From Rotaria socialis (Eukaryota): DNA of 64,000 nt. Positions 1 to 11,973 of the stretch are shown here, piece after piece (the stretch's first letter is position 1; every line of letters begins with the position of its first letter). The notes below the pieces were generated by a model. The model saw nothing but the letters and a program-made list of their open reading frames with translations. It had not been told where the DNA came from and made no database searches. Both the position numbers and the translations under genes were made by a program. Where the stretch lies: the NCBI GenBank assembly GCA_905331295.1, contig CAJNYD010000547.1, positions 1 through 64,000 on the forward strand, in the 5' to 3' direction.

Positions 1-136
1 CACCCCGGCTGTCTTTACACTTTTCATACTAGAAGGGAAGAACGCAAGCGAGCGATGTGCCAGAACGACAAGAATATCGTGCTCCACATATCAACGAGAA
101 AAGTTGCTTATTACAACTTACCAAGAGGTAAATGAT

Positions 137-860
137 CTTTACTGATCAAATACATGTTGCGATGACGAAATCGTGCGGATTGTTGGAAACAACGATCTGC
201 CAGAGCGACACTCTTTAATAAATAAAATGAAAAGCTACACGAGTCGTCGATCTGTCCAGATTCTTGCCTGACAAAACAAAACTTGTCTTTTTGGCAAGAT
301 TCTTGTTTTCTTACATTTCTAGCCATTTTTGAAAAAATTCTTGCAATACAAATGAATTTCATTTAGGCATCCATGCGATTCCTCCTTTCGGTCCTATTAT
401 ATTTTAATTTCAAATAAAAAATACAAGAAAATTACATTACATGTGCAAGGAAATATACAATGCGCTCATGGCGCGTACAAAAAAATTAAGAAAAAGAAAA
501 AAAAAGAAGCGAAAAACGCTTGAACAAAACTGTCTATTTAAAAAATATATCTGTTATAGTTCGTCCGAGTCATCTAGAAAAAAAGAATATATAATGTTCA
601 AACTTCTGTATATTTATAAGTATCTATACAGAAAACATCACGTGATATTTTTCTTTAAGATATAATAAGAATTATTGAAAGGAAAAGAAAAAAGATTCTT
701 GTCTGGTATTCAAGAAAAATAAGAATCTGGACAGATCGAAGTCAAGATCGTCGACTAGTGTAGCTTTTCATTTTATTTATTAAAAATGTTGCTCTGTCAG
801 ATCGTTGTTTCCAACAATCCGCACGATTTCGTCATCGCAACATGTTTTTGATCAGTAAAG
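137..860. mobile_element. MITE-like element with ~130-bp inverted arms (137-265 and 721-860)
   Basis: 721-860 is the diverged reverse complement of 137-265 (ctttactgatcaaa...tctgtccagattctt); the interior is AT-rich and non-coding. Confidence 0.75.
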
Positions 861-3800
861 TTTTTTTCCCGTCTTTATTGATGTAAATCAAGGACAAAAA
901 GGAATATTCAGAGAAAAGAAACAAGGCACGATATATATATAATCTATCGAACCACACCTAGGACAGAGAGAAAGATATATACATATGCATATATGCAATC
1001 TATCGAACAGCACCTATGAAGGAGAGAAAGATACATATGTATATATGCATGTATATAATTAAACGAAACACACATAGAAAAAAAAGAGAGAGAGGATGAT
1101 GATGATATGCTTGAGCAGTCAGCGTCATAAAGTACCATCCAATGTTGCTAACAGTTAACCATTTTCAAATGGAAATTTTTTCGTATATATCATAAACCTA
1201 TCTTGGCATTTATCAGGATGATCTTTTTGATTTCGATTGTTAATGATACATCTATATGATCAAATTGCATATAGGTAATTACCAATCGAATATGTAATTT
1301 GTTTTTGAAATATCCTCGATGTTGTTGATGAGACAATTCCCAGATAAATGATTTCATTTTCACTTCTTGGGATTGATACATTAAAATTATTTTTAATATA
1401 TTCAAATAACAATGTGTAAAACTCGTTAAAAAAGGAGCAAGTAATGAAAATATGTGATAATGTTTCTGGTAATGAGCAGAATAAACATTTCTTCTTTTCT
1501 AATGTTTTACCAAGTCTATCATGTGTATTTATTCCATAATTAGCTAATGATGCCCAGAATTCTATGATGTATCAACTTGTAGAATTGTATATTTTTCAAG
1601 TGACTGATCCTTTCGTAACATACTGGAGGTTGATAAATATTTAAATTGATAAACCTCCAATAGATTGATTTATCATTTCCATTATTAATTACATTACCCC
1701 CACGTTTTAACCATTTAGCAGTATGTATTGCTACATCACTAAAAAATTGCTTATCGTCGTGTAAATGTGGGATTAGATTCGTCCATAACCAAGGTGAATA
1801 TTTGTATAATTGTAAACCTACATATGGTAATGCAAAAAATGTCCATATTTTCGGTGTTGTATTTGTAATTGTTAAGCCACATTTAATTCGATAAGAAATG
1901 ATCATAGATTCTAAATGTATAAGACCAAAAGCACAATCCTCTTTTTTCCAACACAAGTTTGGAATTTTATAAAAGGATGTACTCTTCCCCAAAAAAAGGA
2001 GTTACAAATTTTTTGGATGGATTTAATTACATTTTTATTAATTAACATTGATGATAACCAATAAACCAATCTGCTAATTACAAAGCATCTTAGAATACTT
2101 GCTCTTTCACATAAGGACAGTCTTATTGAGGACCATAGTCCTATATCTCTCTTGATGTTGTTTACCATTTTATCAATTTCTTCTTGTGGTAACTGACCTT
2201 GAGTATCCATTGGTATTCTCAGAAAAGTACATTTCTCTCTTTCAATTTTTGCATTAAAAGATGGAGGATCGAGACAGTCACTTATCCAAAAGATAACTGT
2301 TTTTGTATCATTTGTTTTACCGCCTGATGCATAACTATATTTTTTAAACAGTTCATAAGTTTCAAATTCATCATTTGTATTAAAAGCAAATGTGCATACA
2401 TCATCAGCATATGCTAATGTTTTAATTTCAATATTTGTTTCGTCGTTTTGAAGAATTGTGTTAACAAGGGATCTATATTGACTACCTGGAACTAAAACGC
2501 CGGGTATCTTGGGGTTTTTTCTTATTAAATTTAACAGGAGTTCTAAACACAAAACATAAAGATAACCAGAAAGTGAGCAACCTTGTCTAATTCCTGAATT
2601 AAAGAATACTTTTTCACTCAGGATATTGTTAAATTTAATTGTAAATATGGAATTGGTGTATAACAATTTAATCATATTGATGAAATTATTACCAAATCCA
2701 AACTGCCTTAGCACTTCGAAAAAATAAAGATGGTTCACTCTGTCAAAAGCTTTTTCTTGATCCCACATTGTAATTCCTAACGGTATACGGTTTCTTGAAT
2801 GATGATCTATGATTGCACGTATTAAATGTATATTATCATGTATAGTTCTTCCGGGAATACCTGCTATTTGATTGTGATGTATGATTTTGTTCATAACCTT
2901 CTTTAGTCTTGAACTTAATACTTTGGTTATAATTTTATAGTCGATATTCATTAGTGAGAGCGGTCGAAAATTCTTCATAGTTCCTTTAAATTCACTTTCT
3001 TTCTTTAATAGAGTAAGAAGACCATTAAGAAGTCCATCGTGAAAATGACCTTTATCTTTAGCTATATTAACCATCTTGATAAAATGACCTCCTATTATTG
3101 GAAAAATAAATCTCCATAGTTCAATCGTTAAACCATCATCACCCGGAACTCGATCTAATTGGATAGCTTTAAGAGCTTCAAAACATTCACCAGCTGTTAT
3201 ATCACGATCAAGTAAGTCGATGTCATTTTGATTGAGTGTTGTTATATCTTCGAATAACTCACTCCAATAGGATGTATCGATTGGTTTAACATTATATAAA
3301 TCTTGATAGAAATTGCAACAAATTTCCATCATTCCATTTTCTGTTTCAACACGGCCTTTAGATGGGTGAATAAGATAAGCGATTCTAGATTGATTGGCTT
3401 TACCATGTGATAATCGCGCTTTAGCTAAATTACTAAGACATTTAAAATCACGGGCATTTTGACTTGGAATACTATTAACGAATTTTTCTGTTAATGCATC
3501 GTGAAGCTTTTGTCTAATAATTTCTAATTGTGCTAAATCATCATTGGATGGGTGTTTGGTGTTTATTATTTGTGCAAGATTTGGCGAAGAATCAAGATGA
3601 TGATGACGATAATAAGCAATTTAGATCATCACTTTTTCTTATAGCTTCAACCAATACTACATTTGATTGATCTAGGAGATTATCTGATCCGGATATATTG
3701 CAATGAAATTTTTAATGTAACAATTATTATTTTCACTTTTAAGTTGAAAATAGAAAATTTCGATTTACGTTTGAGAAGCTATTTCAGGAGATAGGATTTT

Positions 3801-3980
3801 TTCTTGGTGATCGGTGCCCTTGTTCAAGCTGACTTTGTTGTATTGAAAAAAACCTAAATCGTGCTGATAGTTCACACTTTGATATTCTTTGAAACTACTT
3901 TCAACGTGCGCATAACTAATGTAGAGATTGAAACAACCAAACGAACGATTATTATCATGTATAACCAAATGTCGAACACT
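861..3980 (-). mobile_element. 5'-truncated, frameshifted non-LTR retrotransposon (L1/Tx1-like)
   Basis: ORF 1911-3332 has RT motifs PGDDGL, FRPLSLMNIDYKI, DQEKAFDRV, GIRQGCSLS and YADD. The frame stays open upstream to ~3620 and coding continues in shifted frames (1540-1992, 1190-1405). On the minus strand AATAAA (879-874) is followed by A7 (867-861). Confidence 0.9.
945..1052. repeat. Imperfect ~55-bp direct tandem duplication in the retrotransposon 3' region
   Basis: atcgaac..cacctaggacagagagaaagata..catatgcatatatgc recurs as atcgaacagcacctatgaaggagagaaagatacatatgtatatatgc. Confidence 0.6.
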
Positions 3981-5679
3981 AATAAATCATTCACCAGGAA
4001 AATGTTCGACATTTAAATATAAGTAATTCACTAGAAAACTAGTTAAAGTTATTTTCCTATACATGACATTGATTCCCTATCTAAAAAAAAATCGTAATTC
4101 TACTCGATATGTGTTCATTTGAATGAAGATTAAATGAAAATTCATGCAACCATGATAGAATTTTTCTTGAAATGATAGCCGGCAATAAACTTTGTTTTTA
4201 TTTTGTGATAAATGACAATGAATAGTATTTTTTATTACTAAAAGTCAACGAGAACTATTTTGGAATATGCAGTCCAATATATTTATCTAGTAGATTTTTT
4301 TGTTGATACAACTATTTCTCCGTATAAACTAATAAGGATATACATTGCTAAGCCATGGAATCAGTATAGCGTTCTTTATCATAAAGCACCCATTTATCTT
4401 TTCAACAGAAAAAAGTCATCCGTCAGACTAGTACCATATTGATTATACAATACTATTTTTATTGAGATGAATATTCATCAATTTCTAGAGATAGAAACGC
4501 AGGAATGATCAGTCAATGTGGAGTTCTATTTATTTTATTATTTTGTGAGACATAAGCAAACCGTTGGGCTCCATGCTTGTCGATTGGATTAAGTCTGAGA
4601 TGTATTGTGATCTGGTCTGTATATAGATCTCGATGAATAAAAGTCGCCGTATTGTTTCATAACATATCAGCAATGTATTTTGTTGAGCTCAAGGGGAAAA
4701 CTCATTTCAGGTTATTCGAGTGACTAGACATGGATTCGAATATCAGTGAACGCCCGAATGAGTTCTTTCGGCTATGTTATTTTCACTTGTTTCAACTGAA
4801 TCTTTGTCGACAAGAGGAAAACAAACAATTTTCGTTTTTGTTCGACGATAAACGATCCGTTTACTTCACGCGAGAAGAGGATTTCATTTCGAAAATTCTT
4901 AGATATACTAATAAAATGTAGAGCTTTTGAGTCTCTACCAAGTTGAAACATGAATCACGCATTATAAAGCTCTAATAGCTTTTTTCTGCTTCGTTTTATG
5001 GGATTTGTATTCATTTTTCTAGAGAATCAAATGCTAAATGTGTTGAAAAAGGTTTCAGTTCAAATAAATGAAATTTAGACAAGATTGTAGCATCCTCATT
5101 CTTTTCGGTCTATCGATTAGAAAAAATATTTTTATACGGCTTGTGTCTCATTGTACATGCCACTCATAAGATCGCTATCGATTAAAAAAAGCTTATACAA
5201 TTAGAATATTCTCTATGAGTACTGAACTAGCCTAAACAACAATAGATACCAATGTGCCGTATGGCCATTTAACTTGTTGGCTATACACATGGATAAAAAT
5301 TGACCATATATAATATTATATCATTTCTTCTTACGGATACTGTTTTCTATCATTATTTTATCTTATAATCGATTCTTTAAAAAAATCGATTCGCACTTTG
5401 CACTGCATTTCGTATTCAGGTGAAACTCGAATGATATCTGGTGATGAATTGGATGAGGTTTTGCTCTTGTTATTACTTCATTTGCTGAATGTAAAGCAGT
5501 ACTCTTGACATCAAGGATAGATTGAGTAAAAGTCCTTGAATTCTACTGCAATCAGTCAGGGAAAAACGGATTAACAAAAGTGGACAGCGACACTATATTA
5601 AAAGAGATGAATTTTTTCTGCTTGCATCCACTATGCCACTAGAGGACCAAAAGCTGCGAGCAGCAGTATCGTTTTCAAC

Positions 5680-5875
5680 CGACGTATTCATCGGGTTCTA
5701 GAAAATTTTGTTTTAATCTGCCTTAATTGTAATCCCGATGAATTAAGTGATGATTTCAAAACCGCAATACAATATCCATAGATGTTGAACAGTGTATTAA
5801 TTACCTGAGTGACATTCACATGAAAAACTATTCATAATTGTATGGGGCTCATTGGGACGAAACTTAATATCGGAT
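5680..5875 (+). pseudogene. Remnant of the N-terminal domain typical of bdelloid ART/TPR-type proteins
   Basis: Fragments in shifting frames (RVLENFVLICLNCNPDELSDDFK, IDVEQCINYLSDI, EKLFIIVWGSLGRNLI) resemble the remembered pattern NFxLIWLD...DxDQCIDFLxxI..EKIFxIxSGxLG; stops and frameshifts are present. Confidence 0.5.
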
Positions 5876-6642
5876 ATCGAGAAGCTTGAACGCGAGTATG
5901 TTCGGCTGCAACTGATGGATGTTGATATTATACTCAAAAGGAGTTTATTTATTAGACATTTATATCAAGATAGAAATGATTTAGACATGATGCAAGTCTA
6001 CTCCATGATACATGTGCAGTCTTATTTTTAATTGCGCCGTTATACTCATAAGCATTTGGAGTATGACTACTACGATAACTTTAATAGCCACAGCTACTGA
6101 TTGATAACATACGCCGAGTTCTATTGTAAAACAAATTTCAAAACGAAAAACGATTTGAAATTTATTGTACGATATGAAATTCTTAGTTTATAGCAACTTT
6201 TTACATTAGAAAAATACGAAGAAAAAAGGAAGTTGTTGTTTTTCAATTTACTTAGTGTTTTTTTTTTATCAAGCTTACATTAATATTATCTGACTATTTA
6301 CTTCGACATTTTGTTTCATGTAAGTCTATCAATATTAGATTGTAATATTCATGTAGAATAATGAGTTCCTATAAAATGTAAAGTGACTATTTGTAAGAAA
6401 TTCAGTAAGTTTCACACAGAATGAGAAGAAAACAGAATCTACACACTTTCTTTTTAGTGTGAGTCATTAAAATTCCCACATCCATTCGATTCCAATGACA
6501 ACATGATCATTTTTCTTCCTTCTTAAATTTATTATTTTGTTTTTGTCAGAAAGAAAAACGCTTTAAAAGCATCAGTTGGTTAATTTAAAATCACTTTTTA
6601 CCAGCATAACGACTTATTCGTTTATTGTCAGAAAACAATGTG

Positions 6643-8142
6643 ATGGCCCGCAAAGGGGAGGATTTAATTCACCGCAGAGAACAAATAGGAGCAGGTGGCT
6701 TCGGTACTGTTTTCATAGGTAAATATCGTGAACATCAAGAAGTAGCCATTAAAGATATCAAAGGCGAACTATCACGTGAAGCATTCGCTGAAGCAAGTTT
6801 ACTGAAAAAACTCACACACCCGAATATCATTCGATATATTGATATTGTTCAAGCATCAAAACAGACTTCTATCATCATGGAATTCATTGATGGCGGTTCT
6901 TTGCATCAATACATTAAGAACACAACTCAATCGCTCACCTATTGGAAAATGACTCGACAGATTATGATTGGTGTTGCATATGGCATGGCTTATTTACATG
7001 ATCAAAGTATTGTTCATGCCGACTTGAAGAGTCTCAATGTTTTATTACGACATGATTACACAGCAGTTATATGTGATTTTGGTCTTGCAAGAACAATTGC
7101 TGATTCAGCTGCAGTTACAGCCGAAACTGCTCGAGGTATGTCATTAATAGATTGGTAAACAGAACATTTTTTTTCCAAATATCGAACCATTCATGTCACA
7201 ATAAAATTTTATTTCTTTTTTGTTTGTATAGGAACAGCAATGTGGTTTGCACCAGAACTTTGTCGTAATCGACCAGAAAAACGTTCGTTTCAATCTGACG
7301 TATGGGCATTTGGTTGTGTCTTACTAGAAGTCCTATCCAAGAAGCTTCCATGGGAAGATGATTATGATAATAATATGATGCTGCTAAATGCACTAAGCAA
7401 ACCAGAAAATGCAGCAATTTTTGAAGATATTTGTCGTAAACAGAGAGCTCCAGAAAAACTACGTACAGTACTTTGCCGTTGCTGTTCTTGGCAAAAAAAA
7501 GATCGACCTGAATTTCATACTATAGTTCAGGATCTAACCACAATCACCGATGTAGACCTGTGCAATCTTAACCAAGAACAAGAAAAGTCACTACTATCAG
7601 AATCTCCTAGTGTAAGGCCCTTGACTAGTAATGGACGATCTAGCACAAAATCTTCATCATCTAAAGTTAATAATCAAAATTCTGAAGAAAATGTACATTC
7701 CATAGAGCAATCAAAAGTTGAAAAGCCTAGAGGACGATCCAAGAAGCCGCCAGTCATTCAAACAGATAACTCAGATCGCCTTAATACAGATACTGATACT
7801 ATTATCCAAGGACAAACAATATCATTACGATCGAACTTAGCAAATGCAAGACCTACAACTGGACGTATGCCACATAAAACTAAACCTCCTATTTGGCTAA
7901 CACCGCAGGGCACTAATGAGCCGACAGATGCACTAGCAGCTGCAATAGATGCACTCAAACTTAACAATCCAAAAAACAAAAAACCCACAACAGATAACTT
8001 GGCTAATAAAGCCAATGTTGGAGAACGAAATACGAAGTATGCTTTTGTGAATAATTGTCATCGTCTTCTTTATCAAGGAGAACGTGGCGCGTGGTATTAT
8101 ATAAATTCTATGGGTAACAAAGTATATGCGACAGACAACTAA
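6643..8142 (+). CDS. TKL-group Ser/Thr protein kinase, 2 exons (6643-7135, 7232-8142), with a disordered tail and a C-terminal basic adaptor-like motif
   Basis: Motifs GAGGFGTV, VAIK, HADLKSLN, DFGLA and SDVWAFG; removing GT-AG intron 7136-7231 gives RGTAMWFAPE. Confidence 0.93.
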
Positions 8143-8274
8143 ATTCTAATATATTCAAAAGAATATTCGAACAAATGCCATCGATGTGATTGTGCTTATT
8201 ATTTAGATTGCAAACTAAAAATTTCAAGACCAATATCTTCTCAGTTGTGAAAACATATATATATAAATAGTTCT

Positions 8275-8371
8275 GTCTTTCTTTTGTATTAAACTGGTCT
8301 TTCTTTTGTATTAAACTGGTCTTTCTTTTGTATTAAACTGGTCTTTCTTTTGTATTAAACTGGTCTTTCTT
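8275..8371. repeat. 22-bp tandem repeat, ~4.4 copies (gtctttcttttgtattaaactg)
   Basis: Identical units directly visible. Confidence 0.95.
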
Positions 8372-10136
8372 CACCATGCTGTGTATTTCCACCAAAGGGC
8401 CTATCGTGTTTTCGGATACCTGTATTTAATTCCGATTCTAAAGTGCAAACAAATTATTTTATTTTCTGTGTTTCTCTCTGATTTGCGCTTACCATTGGTA
8501 TCCGTAGGAAAACATGAGTAGCATTGTCAGTAGGTGCTATAAATAATAGATTATAGAAAAAAAAACGAATGAACTCTTATATATAATCCGTACTAGCTAA
8601 GACAGGCACGATTTCTTGTGCTGGTTCCGATGATTCTTAATTTAAATAGAAAATAAAGAACCTTTTTAATTCAGAGAAAAAAAATAATCCATACCATTCA
8701 TCGACGATGATCTACTTGTAAGTGCTGCTGGTGATATATGGGCTGTTGAATTACTTCGAATTTCATTGAGATTAGGATTTTCCGTAGACGGTGATGTTTT
8801 ACCTAGAAAAGAAAAATAGTTTTGCTTCATCAAAATCGCAATAAGAAGAAGTTTATACAAACCTTCTGCATTTTTTTCACTCGGTAAATTATCTCGATGT
8901 TCACGGTTAATTGCATGATTATATTCCATCATTTCTTCTAAACAAAAATAAATTTTCTGATAGAAGGGTTTTGGCAGTTCAAAAATGAATTTCTATGCAA
9001 CTGATCAACTTCGAGTTTGCTATTCTCATACGCCTAATTACTTCTAACCATATGTACCTTGATCATCGTCGATGTCTGAATAGTCATTCTCTTCAGCTTC
9101 GTCTTTAAGAAACGAAATAGAATATCATCCTGTTATTTCAATTCTATTCTAGAGAAATTTACCTGCTGTTTCGCCGATTTCTTCTTCTCCAATGCTTTCT
9201 CTAATAACTGTCGTGTCATGCCATTCTAATAAATACGAAAATTTCAAATAATGAAAACATGTAAATTGATCTATCTACCAAGATTTATTGTGGAATCCAT
9301 ATTTTCGTCTTCAATGATATTATTTGGAAGTGTTGCATCTATATTCATAGCATTGTTTTCGTCGTAGATAATAATAGCTACACGATTATGATAGAATTTA
9401 GAATATAGTCTCAAGAAATTCGTTTACCTTCACGAAATGTATTAATACGAATAGGTAATTCCAATGAATGCGGTTGTGAATCTTGAATGCCATATCGTAT
9501 ATGATCGAACTCTACATTGAACATCATAAGACGAATAATAGATTTATTAAAGTTAAGATTTGTTTTGGACACATACGACACATGATTAGTGCGTGCAGAA
9601 GATTGACAAGAAGACCAATAAAAGCATCCGATGGATCTGTGGAGAAAACGAAAAACGATAAAGATCTTTTTAGTTCTAATTAGGTTTTTTTAATTTACGT
9701 GTAATACGATCATTGGATGGTGCATTACGCTGTGCTATGAATCCTTCTTAAATTAGAACATAAAAAATGACCGAACAATAATTTGAACTCTCACGAATAA
9801 GTGAATCCGAATGGACATCTGCCATACCCATATCTAATACATCGGATTCTGCCGATGAATCACGAGGATCTAATCGATTTAAAGCCACATCATCTATTAT
9901 TTGGTCTAAATTTCAAACGAAAAAAATAATTGATTTCAAGTGTCTAGCAAACGGTTCATACTTGTTATCGGATTGAGCTGATCAGGCCCTTCGTTAACAA
10001 CCTCTTGCGAAGAATCTGTTGAAGTGAAAATTTTGTTTTTCCAAAAATATTCTATACAATTTATATGAAATATAATCACGTGTTTCTTGTTGTGGTGATG
10101 TTGAAATACCAACATTATTCGAATTATTGTTATTTT
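8355..10136 (-). pseudogene. Gene of ~14 microexons encoding an acidic low-complexity protein; two apparent frameshifts; may extend to ~11160
   Basis: Regular 40-110 nt exons bounded by AG/GT, mostly phase 1, splice into peptides such as NQIIDDVALNRLDPRDSSAESDVL, HPSDAFIGLLVNLLHALIMC, EWHDTTVIRESIGEEEIGETA and DEAEENDYSDIDDDQ. Phase breaks in the exons near 9280-9377 and 8493-8536. Confidence 0.65.
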
Positions 10137-11699
10137 CTGTGTACAAAGAGGAAGAATATATTAGAAAATCGACGCATTCTCTTGAATTGTTGCATCCAAT
10201 AAATAAATAATCGAAAATATTTCGAAGCCATGGTGAAGTCCCATATTTTATTATTTTTACGTGAAATACATTAAAACCTTAACCTCATCAAAGCATAAAA
10301 TTGATTCTTTGTATACATCGGTGGTAACGAGAGCAAGATAAGGCATTACGTCAACTCATGAGTCAAGATGAATGGTATTTTTCTAACATTGATACTGTTC
10401 AAATGGAAAGAAAAGAGTTCTACACATAAGCAGAGTAAAGAATCATTTTCATGGTTTGATGATCTATTTTGATAGTAACAGCGGCACCATATGTGGGCCC
10501 ATCGTTGGCAATATCTTTGCAAATTTTAGGGCACTCATATTTTTAGAATTTTTGTTTTGTCAAACAACTGAGGATAGTCGATGTTTGAATACGTATACAG
10601 TTTTTATCAACAAATGTAAACTTTGTTAAAAAGACTCATACAGACAATAAGTAAAAAAATATCTTACACTATTTGGAAACATAATGATTGTGATCATTAT
10701 ATCACGTCATTGCATGATGGAGGATTATGTTGGGAGCCATTTGATATTTTTCTTATACATTTCCCAATGCAACCTATATTGATTACATTTCAATTAACTC
10801 ATAAAAAAAATGGTTCTGTTTATTTTCATTTCTGTTTATCTCAATTTTTTCAGCGGCATTCATTAATAGGTTTTTGCTTATTGCAAATGAAAAAGGCTTC
10901 AAGTCCTTCAATCATTTGAGAGGTCTTTGTGTGAGCCTCAGTTTGCCCGAGAAAAAACGTTTTGGTGCCGCCGAAATGCAATAGATTCATAGTATATATG
11001 AAGTTTCATGTAAAATAATATGTATAGCAAACGAAACATGATCATCATGGAATCAAAATAGTTTTCGATCATCTTACCTTGATAAAGATGATCGATATTA
11101 TTATCATTATCTTCATTGATAGCAGAAGAATGAGTCGTGCTGCCGTTATTGAATATACACATGAATGATTGCTAGCAAATTAATTCACTAATATTCTTGT
11201 TGGTTTTTTAATGAAATAGTCAATATGAACCCTATATTAGGGTTTATGAGAAGCAAAATTAGAATTGTTATCTATAGAAAACAATACTTAGTTAGATATT
11301 TTTTAATTAGGTTTTTCTTTTTAATTTTATCTGGAAAATATACTTTCGTCAGATAGATTCGAACACTTCAAGAATTCTATTCCTGGTATTTTTGTTTTCG
11401 TTTTGAATTCTATTTTCAAAACAAAACTTCTTCCAACTTAGGCGGCGAAAAAAAGGTGAAGCATGCTGTAGATTTTATCAAAAAAAGTCTGAGCAAAGAA
11501 AAAAACAAGTTGAAAGTTTTATGAGTAAAGGAAAGGGAAAAAACCAACGCTACATGCGCCCCTCATGAATGTTAACAGTGGCGTATTGCGTGGGTTTTCG
11601 CAGACTATAAATTGTTGTTAACAAGAGGTTATTACTTGCATAGTTGTTTACAACTTTACAGTTTTTATATTATATGGATACCAAAGAAGGTATGATTAA

Positions 11700-11973
11700 T
11701 AGGACTTTTTGCAACGAATAGCATGGTGTGCACAATGCGAGCATTGTTCGCCGAACAATGTAATTCAAAGGAAAAATTTCGTGCAGCTTCAATATATCAA
11801 TAGCTACAAGTTACCGGTACAATGCCATCTGAGGATATCTATAGACTTGCTTCACTAACATTCATCAGTTGAAGGATCAGATTGGTCGAATCATCGAAAG
11901 TTACCTAGCGTCTGACGTGTAGGTTAAAAATATGATCACATCGCTACGTTAGTTAGATTAGTTACCTGTATAA
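11700..11973. repeat. ~270-bp segment with an inverted copy at 29287-29548
   Basis: Reverse-complement match with a few substitutions and one short indel. Confidence 0.9.

Noticed and set aside
7758..8015. Short antisense or alternate-frame ORFs over real genes (also 31250, 32211, 43802, 49298, 63633)
   Set aside because: Shadows of the coding strand with no independent motifs
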